Assembly: GCA_964348675.1 (NCBI GenBank)
Contig: CAYGDF010000002.1
Location: forward strand, 1 to 45,626
DNA length: 45,626 bases
DNA from: an uncultured Candidatus Saccharibacteria bacterium
Lineage (GTDB): Bacteria; Patescibacteriota; Minisyncoccia; Phycocordibacterales; UBA5272
Direction: 5' to 3'
Part shown: piece after piece, positions 8,822 through 17,715 of the stretch
How positions within the stretch are numbered: the first letter of the stretch is position 1
Layout: the number at the start of each line of letters is the position of its first letter
The notes under the pieces: model-generated
Database searches by the model: none
What the model saw: only the letters and a program-made list of their open reading frames with translations
What the model was told of the DNA's origin: nothing
Translations under genes and position numbers: made by a program

Positions 8822-11800
8822 TCAAATTACGATATTGACCAGTTTTCCAGGGATAAAAATCTCTTTCTTAGGAATCTCCGTTCCGACGTATTTCGCATAG
8901 CCATCAAGGCTTTTTATGGCTTCTAGCACCTCTTCCTTGGTCGCCTCAGCCTTAAGTGATACTTCCCCTCTTAACTTCCCATTTACCTGAAGGGCGTAGA
9001 TTAGAGTGTCATTTATGAGTTTAGTTTCATCATATTTGGGCCAATTTTCGGTATGAATCGAGGTTTCCTCCCCAATATGCTTCCAGAGTTCCTCAGCGAT
9101 AAATGGAGCAAATGGCGAAAGCACTTTTATAAACATTTTGAAGTCATTTTTTGGTACGATTTCTTCTTTTTCATACTCATTTAGACAAATCATTAAAGAT
9201 GAAATGGCGGTATTGAATGCTGTTGTCTCAATATCATCTCCAACTTTTTTAATTGTCTTATGAGTGATAGAAAGTGTCTCGTCTTTATCTCCAACTTTTT
9301 CTTTGAGAGCATAAACTCTATCGATGAAGCGACGGATTCCGATTACTGATTTATCATCCCACGCCACCGCTTGGTCAAAAGGACCAATAAACATTTCATA
9401 CATACGAAGAGTGTCTGCTCCGAACTTTTTAACAATCTCATCTGGATTAATCACGTTACCAATCGACTTACTCATCTTCACTCCTCCTTTTCCAAGAATC
9501 ATTCCTTGTGAAGTTCTCTTAAAGTATGGCTCACTGGTCGGCGTCATGCCGATATCAAATAAAAATTTATACCAAAAACGAGAATAAAGTAAGTGAAGTG
9601 TGGTGTGTTCCATACCGCCGTTATACCAAGTAACAGGAAGCCATTTACTAAGCATTTCTTTTTCACCAATCTCCTTATCATTCTTTGGGTCAATATATCT
9701 CATGAAATACCACGACGAACCCGCCCACTGTGGCATAGTGTCTGTCTCACGACGAAACTCTTCTCCGTTTGGGTCGGTGTGGAAATATCCATCCTCATCA
9801 ATCCTCCCTTTTATGTGCACCCACTCTGGTACCTGATAAAGTGGAGACTCGCCGTTATCTGTTGGTTCATATTTATCTACCTGAGGCAGTGTGATTGGAA
9901 GTTCACTTTCATGAACTGGATGAAGTTTTCCTTCCTTATCATACACAAGAGGAATCGGTTCTCCCCAATAACGCTGGCGCGCGAAAACCCAATCGCGAAG
10001 TTTTGATTTCTTTACAAATCTACCACCAACACTTTCTGTAATTTTCTTTCTAGCTTCTTCACTTTCTAACCCGTCAAAATCACCTGAATTAAATAGAGTT
10101 CCATCTTCCGTCCAAACTTCTACACCTTTTAGATACTGTTCAAATAAAAATCTATGATGCTCCCAAGTTACTAAACCTAGAACCTCTTCCTTTTTAACTT
10201 TTAGCAACTCATGCTTTCCCTCTTCTACTTCACAGGTAACTCTTTTGTCGCTGTTTACTATGACCCCATACGCTGGACCGACCGTTCTTTGATTTTTACT
10301 CTTGGTGTGACGATACCCAAAACAAATAATTGATGGGGCAATTTTTTTAGCGATAGTAATATCTGTGAATCCTGTCTCTTCTGTTATTTCACGAGTAAGT
10401 GTTTCTTTATCTGTTTCACCTTCATCAACCCCACCCCCAGCAAGATGAATATGGTTTCCTTCTTTTTCTTTAATTAAATAATAATTACCGTCCTTATCAT
10501 ATAAAATTGGGTCAACAATATTTCTATATAGCGTTTCAACTCCGTCACGCTCTTTGTCATCACCGTCCAAAACATACTTCTTTCCAATAACGTCTATTAT
10601 TTCTATTCCATACTTCTTAGCAAATTCTCCGTCTCGCTCATCGTGCGCTGGAACTGCCATAATTGCACCCGTTCCGTAAGTGGCTAATACGTAGTCCGCG
10701 ATAAATACTGGAACTTCTTTTTTGTTTCCAGGATTAATAGCCATAACACCTTCTAACTTCACTCCAGTTTTTTCTTTTCCTTCTGCAGAACGGTCAATGT
10801 CTATTTTTTGAACTGCTTCATTTAGATATTTTTGTACCTCTTCTCTATTTTTTATTTTTCCTTCTGCGAGTAACTGCTTAACAAGCGCGTGCTCTGGGGC
10901 AAGTACACAATATGTACAACCAAACAAAGTATCCGCTCTTGTTGTATAGACAGTAAATGACTCATCGCCACTTAACCACTTTCTAAATTCTCTGTCTAAG
11001 TCATTAATTAAACCCGCATAACGAAACTCATTTGCTTGATCACCTTTGTATTCTTTCGTTTCAACGTCTAGTAGAAGTGACTCCGTTGGATATCCTTCCC
11101 AAAACTTTTCCGATTGAACTCCCTGAAGAACATATTTTCTTTGTAGTGAAACAAATCCTTTTGTACCTGTAGCGTCAGTGAAAGAAACTGCGTACTCAAA
11201 ATGCGCAGGTGAGTCCCCAACTTCTTTAACCCAATTCTTCAAAAATTCAATCACCTCTTCATCAGTTGCACGTTCAGAATCAGGATTCGCCTCTTTACGA
11301 AGATGAATCATGTAACCTTTATCCTTCGGCCATTTTTCAAGCCACAAGATATGGTCAGTAGAAATTGTGGGGATACCAGTAGCCTTGAAATAGAACTCTG
11401 ATTTTAATTTCGCATTTTCTTCAAAGTCCTGTCCTTCCACAAGTGAACTGTCGTCCACCTCAACGTCATTTAAACTTAGAAACTCAACATCTAAATCTTT
11501 CGGGAAGCACGCCGTCAACATTTGAAACTTAGCATTGTTCCTTGTTCCAATTAATATTTTCTTCTTTGAAACGAAACTTTCCGTTTTAATTTTAAAATCT
11601 ATCTCGCTTCCTTCTGAAAGTCCTATCCAATTTCTTTGTTGAATTTTTATTCTTTCCAAAAATTCCGTGTCGTCTAAATCTTTGGCTAACCTCTCAGCGT
11701 ATTTTGTAATGGCAAGCATCCATTGTTCTTTATTTCTTTTCTCAACCGGAGTTCCGCAACGTTCGCATTTTCCGTCCACCACTTCTTCGTTAGCCAGAAC

Positions 11801-12292
11801 ACACTTGTCTTTCGGACACCAGTTAACTGGCATCTCTTTTTTATAAGCCAAACCCTTTTCGTAAAGTTTAAGGAAAATCCACTGAGTCCATTTGTAATAC
11901 TCTGGATCTGTCGTATCTACTTCTCTATCCCAATCAAAAGAAAAACCGCAGGCTTTTAACTGTTCACGAAATGTACTTATATTTTCACGCGTTGTGATTG
12001 ATGGATGAATTCCAGTTTTAATGGCGTAATTTTCAGCAGGTAATCCAAAAGCGTCCCAGCCAATTGGAAACATGGTTTCAAATCCTTCCATGCGACGCTT
12101 TCTAACAATCACATCCATTCCCGTATAACTTCTAACATGCCCAACGTGAAGCCCGGCACCCGAAGGGTACGGAAATTCTACAAGACCGTAAAATGTTGGT
12201 TTAGAACTGTGAGTATCTGTTCTGTAGGTATTTTCTTTTTCCCATTTTTCTTTCCAATATTTTTCAACAGCAAGGTGATCGTAAGGATTCAT
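8822..12292 (-). CDS. leuS: Leucyl-tRNA synthetase with two large domain insertions (Ham1/ITPase-like and Nudix).
   Basis: 'PYPSGAGLHVGH' (HIGH), 'VKMSKS', editing-domain 'TTRADTLFG' and 'RDWVFARQRYWGEPIP'. At 1156 aa it is longer than the roughly 800-860 aa typical of bacteria. Confidence 0.95.
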   Translation of the reverse strand: MNPYDHLAVEKYWKEKWEKENTYRTDTHSSKPTFYGLVEFPYPSGAGLHVGHVRSYTGMDVIVRKRRMEGFETMFPIGWDAFGLPAENYAIKTGIHPSITTRENISTFREQLKACGFSFDWDREVDTTDPEYYKWTQWIFLKLYEKGLAYKKEMPVNWCPKDKCVLANEEVVDGKCERCGTPVEKRNKEQWMLAITKYAERLAKDLDDTEFLERIKIQQRNWIGLSEGSEIDFKIKTESFVSKKKILIGTRNNAKFQMLTACFPKDLDVEFLSLNDVEVDDSSLVEGQDFEENAKLKSEFYFKATGIPTISTDHILWLEKWPKDKGYMIHLRKEANPDSERATDEEVIEFLKNWVKEVGDSPAHFEYAVSFTDATGTKGFVSLQRKYVLQGVQSEKFWEGYPTESLLLDVETKEYKGDQANEFRYAGLINDLDREFRKWLSGDESFTVYTTRADTLFGCTYCVLAPEHALVKQLLAEGKIKNREEVQKYLNEAVQKIDIDRSAEGKEKTGVKLEGVMAINPGNKKEVPVFIADYVLATYGTGAIMAVPAHDERDGEFAKKYGIEIIDVIGKKYVLDGDDKERDGVETLYRNIVDPILYDKDGNYYLIKEKEGNHIHLAGGGVDEGETDKETLTREITEETGFTDITIAKKIAPSIICFGYRHTKSKNQRTVGPAYGVIVNSDKRVTCEVEEGKHELLKVKKEEVLGLVTWEHHRFLFEQYLKGVEVWTEDGTLFNSGDFDGLESEEARKKITESVGGRFVKKSKLRDWVFARQRYWGEPIPLVYDKEGKLHPVHESELPITLPQVDKYEPTDNGESPLYQVPEWVHIKGRIDEDGYFHTDPNGEEFRRETDTMPQWAGSSWYFMRYIDPKNDKEIGEKEMLSKWLPVTWYNGGMEHTTLHLLYSRFWYKFLFDIGMTPTSEPYFKRTSQGMILGKGGVKMSKSIGNVINPDEIVKKFGADTLRMYEMFIGPFDQAVAWDDKSVIGIRRFIDRVYALKEKVGDKDETLSITHKTIKKVGDDIETTAFNTAISSLMICLNEYEKEEIVPKNDFKMFIKVLSPFAPFIAEELWKHIGEETSIHTENWPKYDETKLINDTLIYALQVNGKLRGEVSLKAEATKEEVLEAIKSLDGYAKYVGTEIPKKEIFIPGKLVNIVI

Positions 12293-12337
12293 AGTCTTTA
12301 TATACTATCAAAAGATTGGGTGACAGTCGACATTTAT

Positions 12338-12380
12338 AAAAATAAAGAACGGCGCCGTAGGCGCCGTTCTTTATTTTTTC
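12338..12380. terminator. Bidirectional terminator hairpin with a GGCGCCGTAGGCGCC core (copy 2).
   Basis: aataaagaacggcgc-cgtag-gcgccgttctttatt followed by a T-run, then TTCACACCT (12378-12386). Confidence 0.7.
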
Positions 12381-12509
12381 ACACCTCGATAGTTTTTAAA
12401 ATTGTTTCAGATACGCGAAGCCTAGGAATTTTTCAAAGGAGATGTAGATAGAACTACATTGACTGAGAAAAATTCCGTAGCGACAAAGTAGATGGAATTA
12501 TTTTAAAGA

Positions 12510-13637
12510 CTAGCGCCCGTAGTACATGTCTGGAGAGATAATTCGCTTGAAACAAGTCTCCCCAATTCCATGATTCCAAAATGGTGACTGGTCTCCTTCA
12601 TAGTAATAATTCGAAACCGAATACATTGTGTCTATTCCGATTCCACCTTTAATTGGATAACTTGCTCCTCCACGGATACTGTTGGTATCACGAACGGTTT
12701 CGAAGGTAGAACAAATTTCAAAAATAGCGTTTGTAATCATCTCCTTTTTCTGGGTAGCGTAGTTTACTCTAACTTGTGGCTGTTGAAGCACTCTGTACAC
12801 GTAGTTTTCTTTCGTGACAGGATCTACCGGAACAGAGTAACCTTGGAAGGCATCATTTAGTTCAACTAACGTAAGCGGAAGTTTGTCCGTTGACTGGAAG
12901 CGATTAAACACTTGCTGTTGTATAGAAGATAAGTCTGATAATCTTGTGCTATCTAACCTCTTAGCACGCATCTCAACTGGTGTTCCCACAATTCCAATAC
13001 TCCAGACTAAAGATCCAACCACAACCGCTGCTGCCACGAGCGTTGAAATTAATGGAACAAAAGTTTTCTTAGAATAGTCCCTTCTTGCTGAGTAGAAGTA
13101 ATATCCGAAGACTGCAAGCGAAACTACAAACACAGCCGCAGCTTTATACATAAATCTTGCCGAAATTTCACCGCCTAAATAAGTGTAGATAATTGAAACC
13201 AAAGTTCCGATTAAACTTAAGATGGTTACGAATATCATCGTGTAGACCATTACTTTTCGTATTGTAAGATCACGCTTGTAAAGAAACTTTTCTATATCTT
13301 TCGCCACATACCATGAAAGCAGCAGATAAAGCGGGAACATTACCACGAGCATCGCGACTGCGAGACGCATATCGCTCTGATACATATCCACATAGGACGG
13401 ATTAAGTACGTCCGGGAATTTTTGATTGATAGCGGTAAACAGAATTTGGAGCAAGTTATAAACACTTGTTACCAAAGTTATTCCTATTCCTAAATACACA
13501 AACACATCGAGTGCCTTAGTTTTTGTATCTCCGTTCATGTTATTTTTTTTATTAATAATCCAATAAATAAAATATATGCCTCCTATGATAGCAAACAGGA
13601 AGAATATGCCGATAATGCCGAAAATTGTTGCTGCCAT
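12510..13637 (-). CDS. Multi-pass membrane protein with a C-terminal soluble domain (possibly DUF5671-like).
   Basis: 375-aa ORF with about 7 hydrophobic segments. The family assignment is tentative. Confidence 0.6.
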   Translation of the reverse strand: MAATIFGIIGIFFLFAIIGGIYFIYWIINKKNNMNGDTKTKALDVFVYLGIGITLVTSVYNLLQILFTAINQKFPDVLNPSYVDMYQSDMRLAVAMLVVMFPLYLLLSWYVAKDIEKFLYKRDLTIRKVMVYTMIFVTILSLIGTLVSIIYTYLGGEISARFMYKAAAVFVVSLAVFGYYFYSARRDYSKKTFVPLISTLVAAAVVVGSLVWSIGIVGTPVEMRAKRLDSTRLSDLSSIQQQVFNRFQSTDKLPLTLVELNDAFQGYSVPVDPVTKENYVYRVLQQPQVRVNYATQKKEMITNAIFEICSTFETVRDTNSIRGGASYPIKGGIGIDTMYSVSNYYYEGDQSPFWNHGIGETCFKRIISPDMYYGR

Positions 13638-13685
13638 TCCTATATACTAGCACTTTCATGTTATAGTGGAAACCATAGCAAAATC

Positions 13686-14099
13686 ATGGAAAAAACACCC
13701 TTAGAAACCCTAGAAGGCGTCGCCCTTGCCATAACTCGTGGCGTTGGCTCAGTTTGGTCGCTTATAATTCATACGCTTATCTTCATAGCGTCGTTTACTT
13801 TGGTGTTTTTTGGCATAAGACTAGAACTTGTTTTACTTGTACTTACAACCATTCTTTCATTGGAAGCAATTTATCTTTCTATTTTCATACAACTCTCTGT
13901 AAATCACCAGGCAAGACAATTGGCTAGTGTTGAAAAAGATATTGATGAAATCCAAGAAGATGTGGAGGAGATCGCCGAGGACGTAGAAGAAATTGCAGAA
14001 GATGTGGAGGATATTCAGGAAGATATTGATGAGATTCAAGAAGATGTGGAAGATATTCAAGAGGAGCACGGACCGAAAAATGTTGACGTTACGAGATAG
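13686..14099 (+). CDS. DUF1003-like small membrane protein with an acidic heptad-repeat tail.
   Basis: Two TM segments, 'LSLEAIYLSIFIQLSVNHQ', and a C-terminal (E/D)D(V/I)(E/D)(E/D)I(A/Q) x6 repeat. Confidence 0.6.
   Translation: MEKTPLETLEGVALAITRGVGSVWSLIIHTLIFIASFTLVFFGIRLELVLLVLTTILSLEAIYLSIFIQLSVNHQARQLASVEKDIDEIQEDVEEIAEDVEEIAEDVEDIQEDIDEIQEDVEDIQEEHGPKNVDVTR
13938..14063 (+). repeat. Six tandem 21-bp units encoding an acidic heptad repeat.
   Basis: The units gatattgatgaaatccaagaa, gatgtggaggagatcgccgag, gacgtagaagaaattgcagaa and three more can be read directly. Confidence 0.9.
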
Positions 14100-14125
14100 C
14101 GTCTATCAATTCCTGAGGATAGATT

Positions 14126-14758
14126 CTAGGCGAATATTATCTCTTCTCCTTCGCCGACCAACTTAGTGTCATCACCTAAAACGACAACAGCCTGGGTGTC
14201 AGTTAATATTTTTACAGAAAATTTTGTACCGGCAATTGATTCCCTAAGCACATCATCGTATTTAGAGTCATAGTGTACTGACATTAAAAATGGAACCAAG
14301 TTAAGAGCGGTTAAATCTTTCAATCCATTCACATTTCTGTCTCCATGCTTCCACCCAGCCGCTTCAATTGTTGGGCATGCCAAATAACTACCAGCACTTG
14401 AACCAATATAGATAACTCCTTTTTCTAAAAATTTTGAAGCAACTTCTGTAAACCCGCTAGACCTTGCTTTCTCCAATAAATAAAAAGTATTTCCACCACC
14501 CACAAAAATAATATCCGCTTTTTCTAAAGTTTCTTCTAATTCTCTTTTTAAACTATCTTTTAGAGATAATTCTATAATATTCTTAAATCCGAGACTTACT
14601 AATTTTTCTCTATCTCTATCAACAAACCACTTATCCTCATAAGGATCCGCTGCGGTTGGAATGAATACAACCGTCATTTCATTCGAAGGTCGCGGTAAAA
14701 TATCAAGCAACTTCTCTCCAACCTGACTAAAACTTGAAGTCAAAAATAACTTTTTCAT
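14126..14758 (-). CDS. Peptidase S51 (dipeptidase E-like).
   Basis: 'IFVGGGNTFYLL' and 'YIGSSAGS' are S51 motifs. Confidence 0.8.
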   Translation of the reverse strand: MKKLFLTSSFSQVGEKLLDILPRPSNEMTVVFIPTAADPYEDKWFVDRDREKLVSLGFKNIIELSLKDSLKRELEETLEKADIIFVGGGNTFYLLEKARSSGFTEVASKFLEKGVIYIGSSAGSYLACPTIEAAGWKHGDRNVNGLKDLTALNLVPFLMSVHYDSKYDDVLRESIAGTKFSVKILTDTQAVVVLGDDTKLVGEGEEIIFA

Positions 14759-14766
14759 TTTCTTTC

Positions 14767-15108
14767 TTACTTTTCAAACACGTGGAGTATCCAGTTTAGT
14801 ATTGAAAGTACAATTGCAAACCAGATTGCCATTAAAAATGATGGGATTGTAAATCCAGGAACAATATAACTAGCCAAAAGTATCATTAGTCCATTTATAA
14901 CAAGAGAGAAGAGCCCAAGGGTAAAGAAGTTAATCGGAATAGACACTAAGTCTATAATCGGCTTAATCGTATGGTTAATTACAGCAAGTGTAAGCGCCAC
15001 CAGAAGTGCCGTCCAACCTGTCTGCCAAGCCAAAACTATAGGCACCCCAACTTTAGTTATATAACTTGCGATAAGAACTGCTATTGTGCGGATTATTACG
15101 TAACTCAT
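14767..15108 (-). CDS. Phage holin family IV-like (YvlD-like) 4-TM membrane protein.
   Basis: 113 aa with four TM segments and a 'NHTIKPIIDLVSIPINFFTLGLF' pattern. Confidence 0.6.
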   Translation of the reverse strand: MSYVIIRTIAVLIASYITKVGVPIVLAWQTGWTALLVALTLAVINHTIKPIIDLVSIPINFFTLGLFSLVINGLMILLASYIVPGFTIPSFLMAIWFAIVLSILNWILHVFEK

Positions 15109-15110
15109 AA

Positions 15111-15374
15111 TTATAGTTTAACACCTTCTGATTTAAGTATGTCTATTTTCTTAGAAATACCACCTCGGTTATATCCACCCATTTTACCATCACTTCTGAT
15201 GACACGATGACATGGGATTTTTGGATTGTAATTTTTACTCAAAACTGTACCCACTGCGCGGAAAGCATTCGGCTTCCCGATTCTTTCCGCAACTTCCTTA
15301 TAAGTCATAAATTTTCCTTTCGGAATTTTCGCAACCACATCATAGACTGAATCAGTAAAAGAAATTTTTTTCAT
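15111..15374 (-). CDS. MGMT-family alkyltransferase, DNA-binding/active-site domain only.
   Basis: 'IPCHRVIRSDGKMGGY' (PCHRV motif). Confidence 0.85.
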   Translation of the reverse strand: MKKISFTDSVYDVVAKIPKGKFMTYKEVAERIGKPNAFRAVGTVLSKNYNPKIPCHRVIRSDGKMGGYNRGGISKKIDILKSEGVKL

Positions 15375-15376
15375 AA

Positions 15377-15760
15377 TTAATGCGCTAAAAGTTTCTGCAC
15401 CTCTTCAAGTTCGTCTTTAGTGGCTGCATAAACCAAAGCTTTGTCGAACTCTTCTGGTTTGTTGGTTGGAACCAAATGCACATGAACATGCGGTATTCCA
15501 TACCCTTCTACAAAAATACAAACTCTATTACAATCAAGTTTCCCTTTCAAAACTTGGGCTACATATCTGACCCTTCTCATCATGTGGTCATACATTTCTT
15601 CTGACAAATCGAAAATTTGGTCTACTTCTTGTTTAGGAATCACAAGAGTGTGTCCTTTTTGGATTGGGTTAAGGTCCAAAATCGCCACGACATAATCATC
15701 CTCATAAATTTTATAAGCTGGGATTTCTCCAGAAATTATTTTAGAAAAAATTGTAGACAT
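15377..15760 (-). CDS. HIT-family (histidine triad) protein.
   Basis: 'HVHVHLVP' histidine triad. Confidence 0.9.
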   Translation of the reverse strand: MSTIFSKIISGEIPAYKIYEDDYVVAILDLNPIQKGHTLVIPKQEVDQIFDLSEEMYDHMMRRVRYVAQVLKGKLDCNRVCIFVEGYGIPHVHVHLVPTNKPEEFDKALVYAATKDELEEVQKLLAH

Positions 15761-15777
15761 AGTTTAAGTATACTCTT

Positions 15778-16170
15778 TTATTTTTTCTCTTCAAAAGAAA
15801 GGCAAATTGAATTCATGCAGTACCTTTTTCCTGTTTCTGTTGGACCGTCTGGAAAAACATGTCCTAAGTGAGCGTGGCATGTAGCACAGCGTGCTTCTGT
15901 TCTTGTCATTCCTAAAGTAGAATCTTCTACATACTCAATAGCGCCTGGGAGAGACTGGTCAAATGATGGCCACCCGCTACCAGATTCAAATTTAGCGTCA
16001 GATGAAAATAAAGGAGTTCCGCAAACTTTACATTTAAACATTCCCTCTCTTTCCTCGTGTAAAAGTTCTCCAGTAAAGGGTGCTTCGGTTCCGCCCTCAA
16101 ATAGAACTTTCATTTCTTCTTCTGTTAATTCTTTTTTACGTGCTTCTACATCCATATTTTTATTATACAT
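15778..16170 (-). CDS. msrB: Peptide-methionine (R)-S-oxide reductase MsrB.
   Basis: CxxC zinc motifs, 'GSGWPSF' and 'RTEARCATCHAHLGHVF'. Confidence 0.9.
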   Translation of the reverse strand: MYNKNMDVEARKKELTEEEMKVLFEGGTEAPFTGELLHEEREGMFKCKVCGTPLFSSDAKFESGSGWPSFDQSLPGAIEYVEDSTLGMTRTEARCATCHAHLGHVFPDGPTETGKRYCMNSICLSFEEKK

Positions 16171-16709
16171 TAGTCACTCCAAACAATATGTTTCTCTTCA
16201 CGAATCGCACAAGTTCTATTCACAAAATTTTCTCGTCCGCTTCCTACTCGATATGCATTGTAGTGAGTAGGATTTTTCTCTGCATAATTCTGATGCTCTT
16301 CTTCGGCTTCATAAAAAAACTTACGCGGGAGTATTTCGACCACTGAGGGCACCGTGTATACACCACTTCTATCTAACTCGTTGATAACTCCTTCAGCTAC
16401 AATCTTCTCCGCTTCTGTTTCGTAAAAAATCGCAGATCGATAACTTGCGCCACGATCAGCAAACTGCCCTCCGTTATCTGTTGGATCGATGTGGTCTATA
16501 AAAAATTCTAAAAGTTTTTTATATGTTATACGAGTATCATCGTATTCAACCAATATTACTTCACGGTGACCATTATGATTTTTATAAGTAGGATTTTCCA
16601 TTTCTCCGCCAGAAAACCCTGAGGTAACAGAAGTTACCCCGTGCGCCTCGCGCATATCATGCTCCACACACCAAAAGCATCCACCCGCTAAAATTAATGA
16701 TTTAGTCAT
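16170..16709 (-). CDS. msrA: Peptide-methionine (S)-S-oxide reductase MsrA.
   Basis: 'AGGCFWCVE' active-site motif. It overlaps the msrB start by 1 nt. Confidence 0.9.
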   Translation of the reverse strand: MTKSLILAGGCFWCVEHDMREAHGVTSVTSGFSGGEMENPTYKNHNGHREVILVEYDDTRITYKKLLEFFIDHIDPTDNGGQFADRGASYRSAIFYETEAEKIVAEGVINELDRSGVYTVPSVVEILPRKFFYEAEEEHQNYAEKNPTHYNAYRVGSGRENFVNRTCAIREEKHIVWSD

Positions 16710-16753
16710 AGGGATAGTTTAATGCCTGCCTGATGAACAGGCAAGATTAATAG

Positions 16754-17161
16754 TTACTTGTTACTAGTTCTTGAATAATTCAAAATTTCTTCTTGAAGCG
16801 AAGGAATAGAATCGAAATTTACAAACTCTTCTGATTTAATCCATTTATAGTCAGTATGTTCAGAACTAAGAACAACATCTCCTCCTAAATATTTACAAAT
16901 AAACGTAATGCCAACCTTAAATTCTCCTGTATCTTTTTTGAATGTAAAAACATTGAAGGGATTTTTTACTTCAACCGATAAGCCTGTTTCTTCTATAATT
17001 TCTCGAGCAAGAGCCTGTTGTGGTGATTCCTTAATATCCATTCCACCACCAACAGTTTCCCAAACATTTGGTTTGTGATCATCTGTATTGCTTCGTTTTA
17101 CAATCAAAATTTCACCATTATTGTTTTCTATTATTCCTTTAACAGCAATAGGATACTCCAT
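16754..17161 (-). CDS. Nudix hydrolase.
   Basis: 'GGGMDIKESPQQALAREIIEETGL' Nudix box. The start is trimmed to ATG 17161 because the upstream ORF extension is actually tRNA-Tyr. Confidence 0.85.
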   Translation of the reverse strand: MEYPIAVKGIIENNNGEILIVKRSNTDDHKPNVWETVGGGMDIKESPQQALAREIIEETGLSVEVKNPFNVFTFKKDTGEFKVGITFICKYLGGDVVLSSEHTDYKWIKSEEFVNFDSIPSLQEEILNYSRTSNK

Positions 17162-17171
17162 ATCAATTTTG

Positions 17172-17254
17172 TGCGTCGGGCTGGATTTGAACCAGCGAAG
17201 CCCGAAGGCGATAGATTTACAGTCTATTGTGATTGACCACTCCACCACCGACGC
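17172..17254 (-). tRNA. tRNA-Tyr (GTA), with a long variable arm.
   Basis: Reverse complement gcgtcgg..tagactgtaaatcta..gctggttcaaatccagc ccgacgc a. Cloverleaf folded by hand. Confidence 0.85.
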
Positions 17255-17259
17255 TTATA

Positions 17260-17634
17260 TTAGTGCTTGTACATTCTATACTTTTCCGTCTCAATTGACA
17301 ACTCATTACGAAATGTAATTTTATCCCACGGAAGTAGATATTTTCCACCTTTAGCTGTGTAAACAAAAAGCAAATCAAAAGCATCTTGCTTGTATTTCTT
17401 TGTGTAATTGAAAGATTGATTTCCCCCAGTGATTCTTAAGCCAACTTTACATTTTCCGTTCGATTTATATAGCCCAGCATATTTAACTTGTACCTTTTTA
17501 AGCATTCCTTCTTTTTCTACAACCAAATCAAAATCACGTTTATCACCAATTGGTAAACAAACCTCATAACCATGATTCATAAAAAAGTTTATTGCTTGAC
17601 CAACTGCATGATCTCCACGTTCTTTTGTGTTCAT
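17260..17634 (-). CDS. PD-(D/E)XK endonuclease-fold protein (group I intron-associated endonuclease-like family).
   Basis: 'GDKRDFDLVVEKEG...KVQVK' matches a D...D/E-x-K nuclease core. It is 124 aa and sits 5 nt upstream of tRNA-Tyr. Confidence 0.55.
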   Translation of the reverse strand: MNTKERGDHAVGQAINFFMNHGYEVCLPIGDKRDFDLVVEKEGMLKKVQVKYAGLYKSNGKCKVGLRITGGNQSFNYTKKYKQDAFDLLFVYTAKGGKYLLPWDKITFRNELSIETEKYRMYKH

Positions 17635-17677
17635 ATATTACATTATAACAGACTAGTAGTCTGTTATAATGTGGAAA

Positions 17678-17710
17678 ACAAAAAAACCACTTTAGAGTGG
17701 TTTTTTTGTT
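17678..17710. terminator. Bidirectional rho-independent terminator downstream of clpB.
   Basis: acaaaaaaaccac-tttaga-gtggtttttttgt. Confidence 0.75.
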
Positions 17711-17715
17711 TATTA

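Noticed and set aside
12293-12509. A T-box leader upstream of leuS.
   Set aside because: No AGGGTGGNACCGCG-type T-box sequence or specifier-loop architecture is seen. The region contains a bidirectional terminator hairpin and a separate stem-loop (12426-12477) instead.
13938-14063. A CRISPR-like periodic repeat.
   Set aside because: It has 21-bp in-frame units without spacers inside a CDS, so it is a coding tandem repeat. No CRISPR array exists anywhere in the window.
16754-17248. The N-terminal 29 aa of the 164-aa Nudix ORF.
   Set aside because: The extension is the reverse complement of tRNA-Tyr (17172-17254). The Nudix gene starts at ATG 17161.
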